Shown: piece by piece, positions 1-12,432 of the stretch
How positions within the stretch are numbered: position 1 is the stretch's first letter
Layout: every line of letters begins with the position of its first letter
Assembly (NCBI RefSeq): GCF_963921235.1
Contig: NC_086101.1
Location: 11,410,001 to 11,474,000 of the forward strand
Origin: Mobula hypostoma
Lineage: Eukaryota
Direction of reading: 5' to 3'
DNA length: 64,000 nucleotides
Program-made: the position numbers and the translations under genes
The notes under the pieces: model-generated
What the model saw: the letters and a program-made list of their open reading frames with translations, nothing else
What the model was told of the DNA's origin: nothing
Databases searched by the model: none

Positions 1-3000
1 GTGTCTGGTTTGATGAAAGACTTACTTGGAGCGTTCATATAGATTAGCGGGGGCTACTGAGGTGACTTTAACCTAGAATGGTTGGGGGGTGGGAATCAAA
101 TTAAAGAGGCTAGGCGTGAGGAGGTTAGTTCACAACAGAGGGATGGGAACCAGTGCAGAGAGACAGAGGGGTGTAAAGTGAGCGTAGAAGCAAAAAGTAC
201 AAAGGAGAAAAGTAAAAGTGGCAGGCCGACAAATCCAGGGCAAGCATTAAAATGGGCCACTTTTCAACATAATTGTACAACGGCTAAGAGAGTTGTAAAA
301 GAGCGCCTGAAGGCTTTATGTGTCAATGCAAGGAGCATTCGTAATAAGGTGGATGAATTGAAAGTGCAGATTGTTATTAATGATTATGATATAGTTGGGA
401 TCACAGAGACATGGCTCCAGGGTGACCAGGGATGGGAGCTCAACGTTCAGGGATATTCAATATTCAGGAGGGATAGACATGAAGGAAGGGGAGGTGGGGT
501 GGCGTTGCTGGTCAAAAAAGAGATTAACGCAATAGAAAGGAAGGACATAAGCCGGGAAGATGTGGAATCGATATGGGTAGAGCTGCATAACACTAAGGGG
601 CAGAAGACGCTGGTGGGAGTTGTGTACAGGCCACCTAACAGTAGTAGTGAGGTCGGAGATGGTATTAAACAGGAAATTAAAAATGTGTGCAATAAAGGAA
701 CAGCAGTTATAATGGGTGACTTCAATCTACATGTAGACTGGGTGAACCAAATTGGTAAAGGTGCTGAGGAAGAGGATTTCTTGGAATGTATGCGGGATGG
801 TTTTTTGAACCAACATGTCGAGGAACCAACTAGAAAGCAGGCTATTCTGGACTGGGTTTTGAGCAATGAGGAAGGGTTAATTAGCGATCTTGTCGTGAGA
901 GGCCCCTTGGGTAAGAGTGACCATAATATGGTGGAATTCTTCATTAACATGGAGAGTGACATAGTTAATTCAGAAACAAAGGTTCTGAACTTAAAGAGGG
1001 GTAACTTTGAAGGTATGAGACGTGAATTAGCTAAGATAGACTGGCAAATGACACTTAAAGGATTGACGGTGGATATGCAATGGCAAGCATTTAAAGGTTG
1101 CATGGATGACAACAATTGTTCATCCCAGTTTGGCAAAAGAATAAATCAAGGAAGGTAGTGCACCCGTGGCTGACAAGAGAAATTAGGGATAGTATCAATA
1201 CCAAAGAAGAAGCATACAAATTAGCCAGAGAAAGTGGCTCACCTGAGGACTGGGAGAAATTCAGAGTTCAGCAGAGGAGGACAAAGGGCTTAATTAGGAA
1301 GGGGAAAAAAGATTTTGAGAGAAAACTGGCAGAGAACATAAAAACGGACTGTAAAAGCTTTTATAGATATGTAAAAAGGAAAAGACTGGTAAAGACAAAT
1401 GTAGGTCCCCTGCAGACAGAAACAGGTGAATTGATTATGGGGAGCAAGGACATGGCAGACCAATTGAATAATTACTTTGGTTCTGTCTTCACTAAGGAGG
1501 ACATAAATAATCTTCCAGAAATAGTAAGGGACAGAGGGTCCAGTGAGATGGAGGAACTGAGTGAAATACATGTTAGTAGGGAAGTGGTGTTAGGTAAATT
1601 GAAGGGATTGAAGGCAGATAAATCCCCAGGGCCAGATGGTCTGCATCCTAGAGTGCTTAAGGAAGTAGCCCAAGAAATAGTGGATGCATTAGTGATAATT
1701 TTTCAAAACTCGTTAGATTCTGGACTAGTTCCTGAGGATTGGAGGGTGGCTAGTGTAACCCCACTTTTTAAAAAAGGAAGGAGAGAGAAACCGGGGAATT
1801 ATAGGCCAGTTAGCCTAACGTCGGTGGTGGGGAAACTGCTGGAGTCAGTTATCAAGGATGTGATAACAGCACATTTGGAAAGCGGTGAAATGATCGGACA
1901 AAGTCAGCATGGATTTGTGAAAGGAAAATCATGTCTGACGAATCTCATAGAATTTTTTGAGGATGTAACTAGTAGAGTGGATAGGGGAGAACCAGTGGAT
2001 GTGGTATATTTGGATTTTCAAAAGGTTTTTGACAAGGTCCCACACAGGAGATTAGTGTGCAAACTTAAAGCACACGGTATTGGGGGTAAGGTATTGGTGT
2101 GGGTGGAGAATTGGTTAGCAGACAGGAAGCAAAGAGTGGGAATAAACGGGACCTTTTCAGAATGGCAGGCGGTGACTAGTGGGGTACCGCAAGGCTCAGT
2201 GCTGGGACCCCAGTTGTTTACAATATATATTAATGACTTGGATGAGGGAATTAAATGCAGCATCTCCAAGTTTGCGGATGACACGAAGCTGGGCGGCAGT
2301 GTTAGCAGTGAGGAGGATGCTAAGAGGATGCAGGGTGACTTGGATAGGTTGGGTGAGTGGGCAAACTCATGGCAGATGCAATTTAATGTGGATAAATGTG
2401 AAGTTATCCACTTTGGTGGCAAAAATAGGAAAACAGATTATTATCTGAATGGTGGCCGATTAGGAAAAGGGGAGGTGCAACGAGACCTGGGTGTCATTAT
2501 ACACCAGTCATTGAAAGTGGGCATGCAGGTACAGCAGGCGGTGAAAAAGGCAAACGGTATGCTGGCATTTATAGCGAGAGGATTCGAGTACAGGAGCAGG
2601 GAGGTACTACTGCAGTTGTACAAGGCCTTGGTGAGACCACACCTGGAGTATTGTGTGCAGTTTTGGTCCCCTAATCTGAGGAAAGACATCTTTGCCATAG
2701 AAGGAGTACAAAGAAGGTTCACCAGATTGATTCCTGGGATGGCAGGTCTTTCATATGAAGAAAGACTGGATGAACTGGGCTTGTACTCGTTGGAATTTAG
2801 AAGATTGAGGGGGGATCTGATTGAAACGTATAAGATCCTAAAGGGATTGGACAGGCTAGATGCGGGAAGATTGTTCCCGATGTTGGGGAGTTCCAGAACG
2901 TGGGGTCACAGTTTGAGGATAGAGGGGAAGCCTTTTAGGACCGAGATTAGGAAAAACTTCTTCACACAGAGAGTGGTGAATCTGTGGAATTCTCTGCCAC

Positions 3001-3207
3001 AGCAAACTGTTGAGGCCAGTTCATTGGCTATGTTTAAGAGGGAGTTAGATATGGCCCTTGTGGCTACAGGGGTCAGGGGGTATGGAGGGAAGGCAGGTAC
3101 AGGGTTCTGAGTTGGATGATCAGCCATGATCATAATAAATGGCGGTGCAGGCTCGAAGGGCCGAATGGCCTACTCCTGCACCTATTTTCTATGTTTCTAT
3201 GTTTCTA
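1..3207 (+). mobile_element. CR1-clade LINE (HER1-like), near-intact ORF2: APE endonuclease + reverse transcriptase, 3' UTR and (TTCTATGT)n-type tail; 5' part runs off the window
   Basis: ORF 82-1158 has APE motifs (NARSI, GITETW, GDFN, SDH); ORF 1116-3110 has RT motifs (PGPDG, YRPVSLTS, QHGF, GVPQGSVLGP, FADD); one frameshift near 1110 joins them; tail ctattttctatgtttctatgtttcta ends at 3207. Confidence 0.95.
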
Positions 3208-4818
3208 AAACAATTGGGAAGTGTGAGAAAGTTTTAAATGTTATGAGAAGTATTGCTGGATGTAACTGAGGAGCAGGGCGGGAAACTATGTACTTAATAT
3301 ATCTAGCTATGATTAGATCGGTTATATATTATGGTTGTATTGTTTATGGTTCCGCTGCTACAGCAGTGCTTGGAAAATTAGACACTATGCAGTCCAAAGC
3401 ACTTAGACTCTATTGTGGAGCTTTTAGAACAACATCATTCCCGGCATGATGTGTGGAGATGGGAGAAGTGCCTCTACATTTAAGACGAATTCAGCTGGGC
3501 CTGCAGTATTGGGTAAAACTAAATGGATTCAATCACAACTGTCCACCAAAGTGTCTTTTGCAGAGGAAGTCAGAGAGCCAAAGTGAAATTAAAACATACA
3601 CATTTTTAGATTTGGTTAATTTGGTTAATAACCAATTTCCCCCGGGATCAATAAAGTATGACTATGACTATGAGTAACTGGGCTGTGAATTTGAAACTGA
3701 CTGAGGAAGACATAGTTGACCAAATTTGCTTGCCACCCGTCCCATTTTGGCTCTTTCCAGAACCAGAAATAGATCTGTTCCTCCTTCCTCAGCTTAAAGG
3801 AAGCAGTGCAATTTCATCAGCATTGATCACAAATGAATATTTAAATAATAAATGAGGATCTTATCTGAAGATTTTTACTGATGGCTCAGTGGACCCAGAA
3901 AGCAGTAGGGCAGGATTTGGGATGTATCTGTCTCAACTTGGAGGTAAGATTGGTCACCGGGTTTCAGATGGTGTTTCTGTCTTTGCAACAGAATTATTAA
4001 CAATCCTCTGGGCCTTATGGTGGATAGAAGACTCTCGACCACGTAGGGTTATCATCTGTTCGGATTCTGCTGCGGCCTTGGAGTCTATAAAAGGGAGTAA
4101 ATCAAAAGCCCGTCCTGACATAGTTATTGAGATTCTCTTAGTGTTGTTTAGAGTAGGGAAGATGGGTTGTGCAGTTAGATTTTCATGGATACCTGGGCAT
4201 GCTGGGGTGGAGGGAAATGAAATTGTGGATGGCATTGCAAAGTCTTCCTTGCAGAACAGGCAAATAGAAATTAGAGTTCCCCTGGGCAGAGCAGAATTGA
4301 GAAGTAGGATTAAAAAAGGTATAGCGAAGAAGTGGCAGGAGGATTGGAAAAATGAATTAAGGGGCAGGCATTATTTTTCTAGTCACCCACTAGTTAAAAA
4401 GGTCTCAGACTGTTACCTTTTAAGTCGTAGATATATGGTGAAATTTACAAGACTTAGGTTGGGGCATTGTGGGCTAAACTATTATTTAAAGATAATAGGA
4501 AAACATCCTACTGGATCATGTGACTGTGGTAGTCCAGAGACAGTCCAGCATGTTTTGCTGAGCTGTCATTGATACAAAATTGAAAGAAGTATGCTGTTCA
4601 AGAGGCTATCTGGCTTAAATTTATTTTGGTTTTCTATTAAATCTTTGGCCATCAAGAGAATCAACATCTGATTGAAGAGTCTATTATTCAGTTTATACGT
4701 GAGACTAGGTTGTATTTGTGAATTTGAGTTCCTTGAAGTTCTATAATTAATTACACACCCTGCGGAGGGCTGTAATACACCTAGATGCGTCTAAACAGCC
4801 AGAAATAGAAGAAGAAGA
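3208..4818 (+). mobile_element. 3' part of an I-group (Nimb-like) LINE with RNase H and C-terminal Cys/His knuckle, degenerate
   Basis: RT C-terminal motifs (IRSVIYYGCIVYGSA), RNase H motifs IFTDGS...ICSDS...WIPGHAGVEGNEIVD in and just before ORF 3889-4572, then RLRLGH...CDCGSPETVQHVLLSC; ends in a (GAA)n tail at about 4808-4818; in-frame stops present. Confidence 0.8.
3630..3673 (+). mobile_element. About 44-bp 3'-terminal stub of a LINE with a (GACTAT)n tail (Rex1-like), inserted in the Nimb-like element
   Basis: aaccaatttcccccgggatcaataaagtatgactatgactatga; the same end occurs on the minus strand at 16264-16301 and 31523-31565. Confidence 0.7.
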
Positions 4819-6461
4819 GGTAAGGGAGAATGTCTGGCAGAACGTCAGACACCCCTATGGCTGTCTCCCTCAACAATAAGTATTACATTTTGAGTACTGT
4901 TGGTGGGGATGGGAGGTTACCTACGTGGGGAAGCAACACCGGCCATGAGTCTGACCCTGTGGCTCAGAAATGCAGGGAACTGAAGAGAGTGGTAGCAGAA
5001 ATAGGGAACTCTATAGACAGGGGGCCAGATAGGCGATTCTGTGGACACAAAAAAGAAACATGAATGGTAGTTTGCCTCCCAGGTGCCAGGATCCACGATG
5101 TTTCTGAACGTGTCCACAATATCCTGAAAAGGGAGGGTGAGCAACCAGAAATTGTGGTACATATTGTGCGAACAACAGAGGTAGAAGAAGGGAGGAGGTC
5201 CTGAGGAAAGAATATAGGGAGTTAGGCAGGAAGCTAAGAAGCAGGACTACAAGGGAAGTAATCTCATGCCTGTGTCATGCAACTGTGAGGATAAGAATAG
5301 AATGAGGTGACAGATAAATGTTTTTCTGAAGAACTGGAGCTGGGGGCAGGGATTCAAATTTCTACCTCTTCTCGGGCAGGTGGGACCTACACAAAAAGGA
5401 CGGGTTGCACTTGAATCAGAGAGGAACCAATATTTTTGTGGGCAGATTTACTGGAGTTTTTGTGAGTGGTTTACACTAATATAGCAGGGGAGTGGGAACC
5501 AGTACAATAGAGCTGAGGATGAGCCAACAGGTTTACTAGTAGATAATGGATGTAACACGAATGTAAGTAAGGACAAGCCACTGACTGGGTATAAAAGCAG
5601 ACAGAACAAAGAGTTAAATTGTACCACAGAGACACAATTCAAAGAGCAAAGAATGCAGACTGAAGGTGCTGTATTTAAGTGCATGTAGCATTCAGAATAA
5701 GATGGCGTAATTAGAGATTGGTGGGTATGACATTGTGGGCATCACTGAGTCATGGCTGATAAAAGACCATAGTTGGGAGCTTAACATCAAAGGATATACT
5801 TTATCAAAAGGACAGGCAGGAAGGCATAGGTGGTGGTGTGGCTCTATTGGTAAGAGATGGAATTACATCTTTAGAAGGATGTGACATAGGGTTGGAAAAT
5901 TTTGCATTTTTGTGGGTGCAGTTAAGAAACTGCAAGGGTGAAAAATCCATTATGGGAATCATATAGTCCTCCAAATAGTTGCCAAGATGTGGGGTTGAGA
6001 TTGCAAAGGGAGCTGAAAAGGGCATGTAATAAGGATAACGTCAGAATTGTAATAGGGTTTTCAATATGCAAGAGGATTGGGAAAATGAGGCTGGTGTCGA
6101 ATCGCAAGAGAGGGAATTTGTTCACTGCCTGTGAGATAACATTTTTGAGGAGCTCATGCTTGAACCTACTCGGGGAAGGCTATTTTAGATTGGGCGTTGT
6201 GTAATAACCCAGATTTTATTAGCGGGCTGAATGTGAAAGAAACCTTAGGAGGCAGTGATTATAATATGTTTGAATTCATATTGTAATTTGAGAGGGAGAA
6301 GTATAAGTCAGGTGTATCAGTATCACAATGGAATGAAGGGGATTACAGAGGCATGAGAGAGGAGCTTGCCCAGGTGGATTGGAAGAGGATACTGATGGGG
6401 ATGACAGCAGAGCAGAGCTGGCTGAAGTTTCTGGGATTAGTTCACAAGGCGCAGGACAGAT
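4819..6461 (+). mobile_element. Old degenerate CR1 fragment (ORF1 esterase-like region and APE region)
   Basis: Remnants of CLPGAR / EQPEIVVHI (ORF1 esterase) and DIVGITESW / GGGVAL (APE) across many stops and frameshifts. Confidence 0.75.
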
Positions 6462-6845
6462 TGTCACTGTCCGGTCAGCTGACTCCTTGTTTCTGTTGTT
6501 CTCCTTTTCCCGTGTTTTGCCTGGCTCCTTGATTGAGACACCTGATCTTCATTCGAACCAGCAGCATAAAAATCTCCAGCTTGCATCTACTCGCTGCTGG
6601 TTTGTCACCGTAGCCAGTGCGGCTCTGCTCGTCCCCGGGCAGCCGAGAATCATGGACTCTTAAGTTGCTTCGGTGCCAGTGGCTGCTTAGTGAATTCAGT
6701 CATTTTCGTGTCCAGCTGAGTTGCTGGCCATTTTGCCGCTACTCCGAGTCAAGATGTGGATTCTGTCGTTTTCATGTACGGCTGAGATTTGCTGGCCGGT
6801 TGTCGCCACTCCGAGCCGCCAAGAATAAGGGACCGTCCTCTTGGA
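6462..6845 (+). mobile_element. Truncated LTR fragment related to the Gypsy-type LTR at 24543
   Basis: Starts tgtcactgtccggtcag (cf. tgtcatggtctggtcag at 24543) and has a similar ttgagacacctgat...gcataaaaa segment; no 3' end or TSD seen. Confidence 0.45.
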
Positions 6846-9236
6846 AGGTTCCACCAGCATTTTATGTGTTGCTTGAATTTCCAGCATCTGCAGATTTCCT
6901 CGTGTTTGAGGATGATCTAATGACGCTTCCTTTGAGTTGCATTTAACTTTCAAATACCCAGGTCTTCACACCAACACATCCAAATGAGTGTTAATCACTG
7001 ATGCATTCTAAATTCAGTCTACAATTCTTATTCAAATCTGAAGGCTGGTTGCTATTGAAATGAGTATTTGCTTGATTCCATAATCCCAGAAGACATCTAA
7101 CATTCCTTTCTCTTGGCCGTCCCGGACAAAAATAAATTTCTTCCAGAAAAGGCCAAACCTTCAGGAGGATCTAATGAAATAGGGCAGCAAAGATGCCCAG
7201 TACTTTGAACACCTTTCCCAATTACCTACCCTTGTGCATCGACATCTATGCTGTAATTCCGTATGACCATCTACAAGACTAAGCAGAGATTGTTTCAGAA
7301 TTTGACCTCCAGTCTTTAAAATGCAGCTTTGTTATTCGTATGCCTTTTGCCTCCCACACTGCCGGCCAATTAGCACATATCTTCACCCATTCATTCTCTG
7401 ACAGCTAACCTTCCTCATTTGCGTTTGTTGTGGGTCTGCTTCCATCGGGTGTGGTGAAGCCGGCTGGTGTTTATCACTCAGGTTCTCTGCAATGACTGTT
7501 ACCGGGTACACTTGATCTCTTGCTCTGTCTGTCAGGGCTACCTCGCCCCGTCTGCACACAGACTCGTGTCATTTGTCAGAAGTACCATTTGTGGTCATAT
7601 CCATCTTGGAGCAAACCCTCCCTTTTCAGGCAGCATGCTCACCATGACGTGATCATTTGGCTGTGAGAGGACTGCCTCCTCTCCCTGTGGCTCTCTCCAA
7701 TCAGTAATGTGTGGCTTTGTTTTGCTCTTTGTTTAGGTGGTCAAAGGGGTCTTCCACATACCAGCCATTTCATTCCATTAAGTTCCAGGCTCACTGCAAC
7801 CCACAATCACCCCATCGGGAAGTCGCATTGCTCGACCCATCAATGATTTGTATGGGCTGAGACCCAGCGTGCAGTTTGGTTGCTTGCTATCTCATCAGGA
7901 TTCCCGGCAATACACAGAAGTGTCTTTCCTGTCTCTGTTGTAGCTTTAGCTATGGTAGTCCTGATTGTTCGGTTCAACACACAAAATGCTGGAGGAACTC
8001 AGCAGGCTGAATGGTTTCGGCCTGAAATGTCGACTGTACTTCTCTCATAGTTTGTGATTTGATTGCTTGGTTCATCCTTTCCACCATTGCTGAGCTGAGT
8101 GTGGTGGTCTATGTGGAATTGTCGAATCCCTAAAAGCTTGTGCATTTCTTTCAATCGCTTTCCCTGTGAAGTGTGCTTCCTGATCAGAGTCCACCTGAAT
8201 TGGAGTTCCCCACCTGGGGAGCATTTCCTGAACTAAAGTCCGAACAGCCACCCGGCAGTGCAGTCCCTCATTGGGAAAACCTCTAACAACCGGGTGAAGT
8301 GATCCTTGATCACTCATTTCTGCATACCTCGACACGGTTTTATCCCCCCTTGTTCAATCCCTTCCGACCTATGTTCGTGACACTTCTCACGCTCTTAAAC
8401 TTTTCGATGATTTTAAGTTCCCTGGCCCCCACCGCTTTATTTTCACCATGGATGTTCAGTCCTTATATACTTCCATCCCCCATCAGGAAGGTCTCAAAGC
8501 TCTACGCTTCTTTTTGGATTCCAGACCTAATCAGTTCCCCTCTACCACCACTCTGCTCCGTCTAGCGGAATTAGTCCTTACTCTTAATAATTTCTCCTTT
8601 TGCTCCTCCCATTTCCTCCAAACTAAAGGTGTAGCTATGGGCACCCGTATGGGTCCTAGCTATGCCTGCCTTTTTGTTGGGTTTGTGGAACAATCTATGT
8701 TCCGTGCCTATTCTGGTATCTGTCCCCCACTTTTCCTTCACTACATCGACGACTGCATTGGCGCTGCTTCCTGCACGCATGCAGAACTCATTGACTTTAT
8801 TAACTTTGCCTCCAACTTTCACCCTGCCCTCAAGTTTACCTGGTCCATTTCCGACACCTCCCTCCCCTTTCTAGATCTTTCTGTCTCTGTCTCTGGAGAC
8901 AGCTTATCCATTGATGTCTACTATAAGCCTACTGACTCTCACAGCTATCTGGACTATTCCTCTTCTCACCCTGTCTCTTGCAAAAACGCCATCCCCTTCT
9001 CGCAATTCCTCTGTCTCCGCCGCATCTGCTCTCAGGATGAGGCTTTTCATTTCTAGGATGAGGGAGATGTCTTCATTTTTTAAAGAAACGGGCTTCCCTT
9101 CCTCCACTATCAACTCTGCTCTTAAACGCATCTCCCCCATTTCACGTACATCTGCTCTCACTCCATCCTCCCACCACCCCACTAGGAATAGGGTTCCCCT
9201 GGTCCTCACCTACCACCCCACCAGCCTCCGGGTCCA

Positions 9237-9778
9237 GTTTTGGTCCCCTAATCTGAGGAAAGACATCCTTGCCATAGAGGGAGTACAAAGAAGGTTCACC
9301 AGATTGATTCCTGGGATGGCAGGTCTTTCATATGAAGAAAGACTGGATGAACTGGGCTTGTACTCGTTGGAATTTAGAAGATTGAGGGGGGATCTGATTG
9401 AAACGTATAAGATCCTAAAGGGATTGGACAGGCTAGATGTGGGAAGATTGTTCCCGATGTTGGGGAGGTCTAGAACGAGGGGTCACAGTTTGAGGATAGA
9501 GGGGAAGCCTTTTAGGACCAAGGTTAGGAAAAACTTCTTCACACAGAGAGTGGTGAATCTGTGGAATTCTCTGCCACAGCAAACTGTTGAGGCCAGTTCA
9601 TTAGCTATGTTTAAAAGGAAGTTAGATATGGCCCTTGTGGCTACAGGGGTCAGGGGGTATGAAGGGAAGGCTGGGTTCTGAGTTGGATGATCAGCCATGA
9701 TCATAATAAATGGCGGTGCAGGCTCGAAGGGCCGAATGGCCTACTCCTGCACCTATTTTCTATGTTTCTATGTTTCTA
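9237..9778 (+). mobile_element. CR1 3' stub (about 540 bp) nested in the Penelope ORF
   Basis: Near-identical to about 2660-3207, including tail; the Penelope sequence resumes at tattattctccg. Confidence 0.95.
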
Positions 9779-10639
9779 TATTATTCTCCGTAACTTCCGC
9801 CACCTCCAACGGGATCCCACCACTAAGCACATCTTTCCCTCCCCCCCCCCCGCATTCCGCAGGGATCGCTCCCTACACAACTCCCTTGTCCATTCGTCCC
9901 CCCCATCCCTCCCCACTGATCTCCCTCCTGGCACTTATCCGTGTAAGCGGAACAAGTGCTACACATGCCCTTACACTTCCTTCTTACCACCATTCAGGGC
10001 CCCAAACAGTCCTTCCAGGTGAGGCATCACTTCACCTGTGAGTCGACTGGGGTGATATACTGCGTCCGGTGCTCCCGATGTGGCCTTTTATATATTGGCG
10101 AGACCCAACGCAGACTGGGAGACCGCTTTGCTGAACATCTACACTCTGTCCGCCAGAGAAAGCAGGATCTCCCAGTGGCCACACATTTTAATTCCACATC
10201 CCATTCCCATTCTGACATGTCTATCCACGGCCTCCTCTACTGTAAAGATGAAGCCACACTCAGGTTGGAGGAACAACACCTTATATTCCGTCTGGGTAGC
10301 CTCCAACCTGATGGCATGAACATTGACTTCTCTAACTTCCGCTAAGGCCCCACCTCCCCCTCGTACCCCATCTGTTACGCATTTTTATGCACACATTCTT
10401 TCTCTCACTCTCCTTTTTCTCCCTCTGTCCCTCTGAATATACCTCTTGCCCATCCTCTGGGTCACCCCCCCCTCCTTGTCTTTCTTCCCGGACCTCCTGT
10501 CCCATGATCCTCTCGTATCCCCTTTTGCCAACCTGTCCAGCTCTCGGCTCTATCCCTCCCCCTCCTGTCTTCTCCTATCATTTTGCATCTCCCCCTCCCC
10601 CTCCAACTTTCAAATCCCTTACTCACTCTTCCTTCAGTT

Positions 10640-10675
10640 AGTCCTGACGAAGGGTCTCGGCCTGAAACGTCGACT
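10640..10675 (+). ncRNA. Minimal type I hammerhead ribozyme motif in the Penelope terminal repeat
   Basis: agtc-CTGACGA-agg(gtctcgg)cct-GAAAC-GTC^gact: core boxes, stem II agg/cct, stem I agtc/gact, NUH triplet GUC. Confidence 0.75.
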
Positions 10676-12119
10676 GCGCCTCTTCCTATAGATGCTGCTT
10701 GGCCTGCTGCGTTTACCAGCAATTTTGATGTATGTTGCTTGATCACTAGAAAGTTACTTTGCCCTTGCTTTTTCGCAGAGAGCCCATGAAGTTCATCTGG
10801 ATGCTTTCCCAGGGACCAGGGTTTGTCAGCTACACCTTTATGCCTTTGTCAGAGTTATGCTGGGTACAAATGATACAACGGTGACAGAATTTCTCAACAT
10901 CCCTGCCCATCCCTTGGTCATCACCAGTTCTGCTGGAGGGTCATGATCATGGTATGCCTTCCCTGATATCACTTCAGTCATATCTGCCTAATACGTGGTG
11001 GCACTACTGCGATTCCTGACTTCCCGTGGGCCCAGTTTCCAACTGGTGCCTCCTTGGCTCCCTCTCTCCTCCATTTCACCTTCTTCTCTGCCTCCACCTC
11101 CTGGCATAATTTTACTAAAATGGCTCCAGTAGTTTCTTCCTGCACACTTGCAATTTCAGTTGTTTCTCGTTCTCCTGCTGCTCTCCTCGCACTGATGTCT
11201 GCCCACTTGTTCCCTTTCTACTCCTTACTTCCCCTTTCTGGTGAGCCTTTATTTTAATCACTGCTACCTTCTCAGGCAGTTACACGACTTCTGACTGGGC
11301 ATACTCTGCCCTTGGGAGCTCCTGACATGATTCCCACGCACTGTCTTGTCTCCACTTCCTGCCTGGGGCTCTTCGCTCTCTGTGGGTTATGTTAGCTGTT
11401 CTGTGAGTCACTCATGTTTTCTGTTCTTGTCTTGTCTATGTTATTTCTCCTTTCTGAGTCTATGACTTTCTGAGTAACCGGCCTTACTCAGTTCATCTAT
11501 TCTTAGGATAGCTCCTTCATATTCTGTGCACACCCAAAAATCTACAGGAAGCTGCACTCCCTCAGTGTCACGTTCCTGGGGCTGACTTCTGTCTGCCCTC
11601 ATTGTTTCACCTCCTGCACAGGTAATGTAAATCACTTCTCCAGTCATGACTGAGCCCAGATCTAGTATCACTGCTGACAATTCCATGTCTACTGATGTTT
11701 CGCATAACCAGTCCGCTCATAAACATCTTGTGTACACTATCACTGGCAACAGAGGCTGCCGCCAGCTGTTTGTCTGATCTGGATACTGATTCAATAACTT
11801 GATTGGCAGTGAAATCGGAAAGGGAGGGCGCTGCTGTGGATTCTGCTTGCTTTGGTGAGATATTCTCATACCTTCCTCTCTTTTCAGGACACTGCCTCCA
11901 ACCATGGCCTGAGAGGTCACAGCTGTAACAAAGCAGCATGTCTACCTTTGCATGTCTATTCCAGCTGTACCTTGCTAGGTGCCCTGGTTGTTGGCACAGA
12001 AGTAAACTCCTACGTAATATAACAACAACTACATCCACTTCAGCCACTTTGCAACCTCTCGTGGTCATTGAACAGTCCTAAGTGTGAGTGCTAACTTTCA
12101 AACTAATCACCCACTTAGA

Positions 12120-12432
12120 CTGCTCAGACAAGAGGGCACAACGTCAGGATTGAAGGACATCCATTTAGAACTGAGATGTGAAGAAATTACTTTAGTCAGA
12201 GGGTGGTAAATCTGTGGGATTTGTTGCCATGAGCAACCGTGGAGGCCAAGTCATGGGGTGCATTTAAGGTAGAGATAGATAGGTTCTTGATTAGCCAGGG
12301 CATCAAGGGGTATGGGGAGAAGGCAGGGGAGTGGAGGTGACTGGACGAATTGGATCAGCCATGATTGAATGGCGGAGCAGACTCGATGGGCCGAATGGCC
12401 CGCTTCTGTTCCTATATCTTATGGTCTTATGG
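12120..12432 (+). mobile_element. CR1 3' end fragment inside ERV-A
   Basis: RGH...FSQRVVNLW-like remnant and 3' UTR gggccgaatggcc...ctatatcttatggtcttatgg. Confidence 0.8.

Larger units (their letters stand above)
8315..10737 (+). mobile_element. Penelope-like element, 5'-truncated: RT + GIY-YIG endonuclease + terminal repeat, inserted in the ERV-A integrase
   Basis: RT motifs MDVQSLYTSIPH, GVAMGT, YIDD, LPFLD; GIY-YIG VIYCVRC...LLYIGET (ORF 9956-10345); flanked by direct repeat cttgatcact (8305-8314 / 10738-10747). Confidence 0.93.

Noticed and set aside
447..2722. Long minus-strand ORFs opposite the CR1
   Set aside because: Antisense shadows of LINE ORF2 with no domain motifs
7115..7500. 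Possible env or accessory gene between ERV-A integrase and PPT
   Set aside because: Too short and stop-ridden; no fusion peptide, CX6CC or transmembrane motif recognised
8911..9681. 256-aa ORF that looks like a novel chimeric protein
   Set aside because: Chance in-frame fusion of a broken Penelope frame with the inserted CR1 stub
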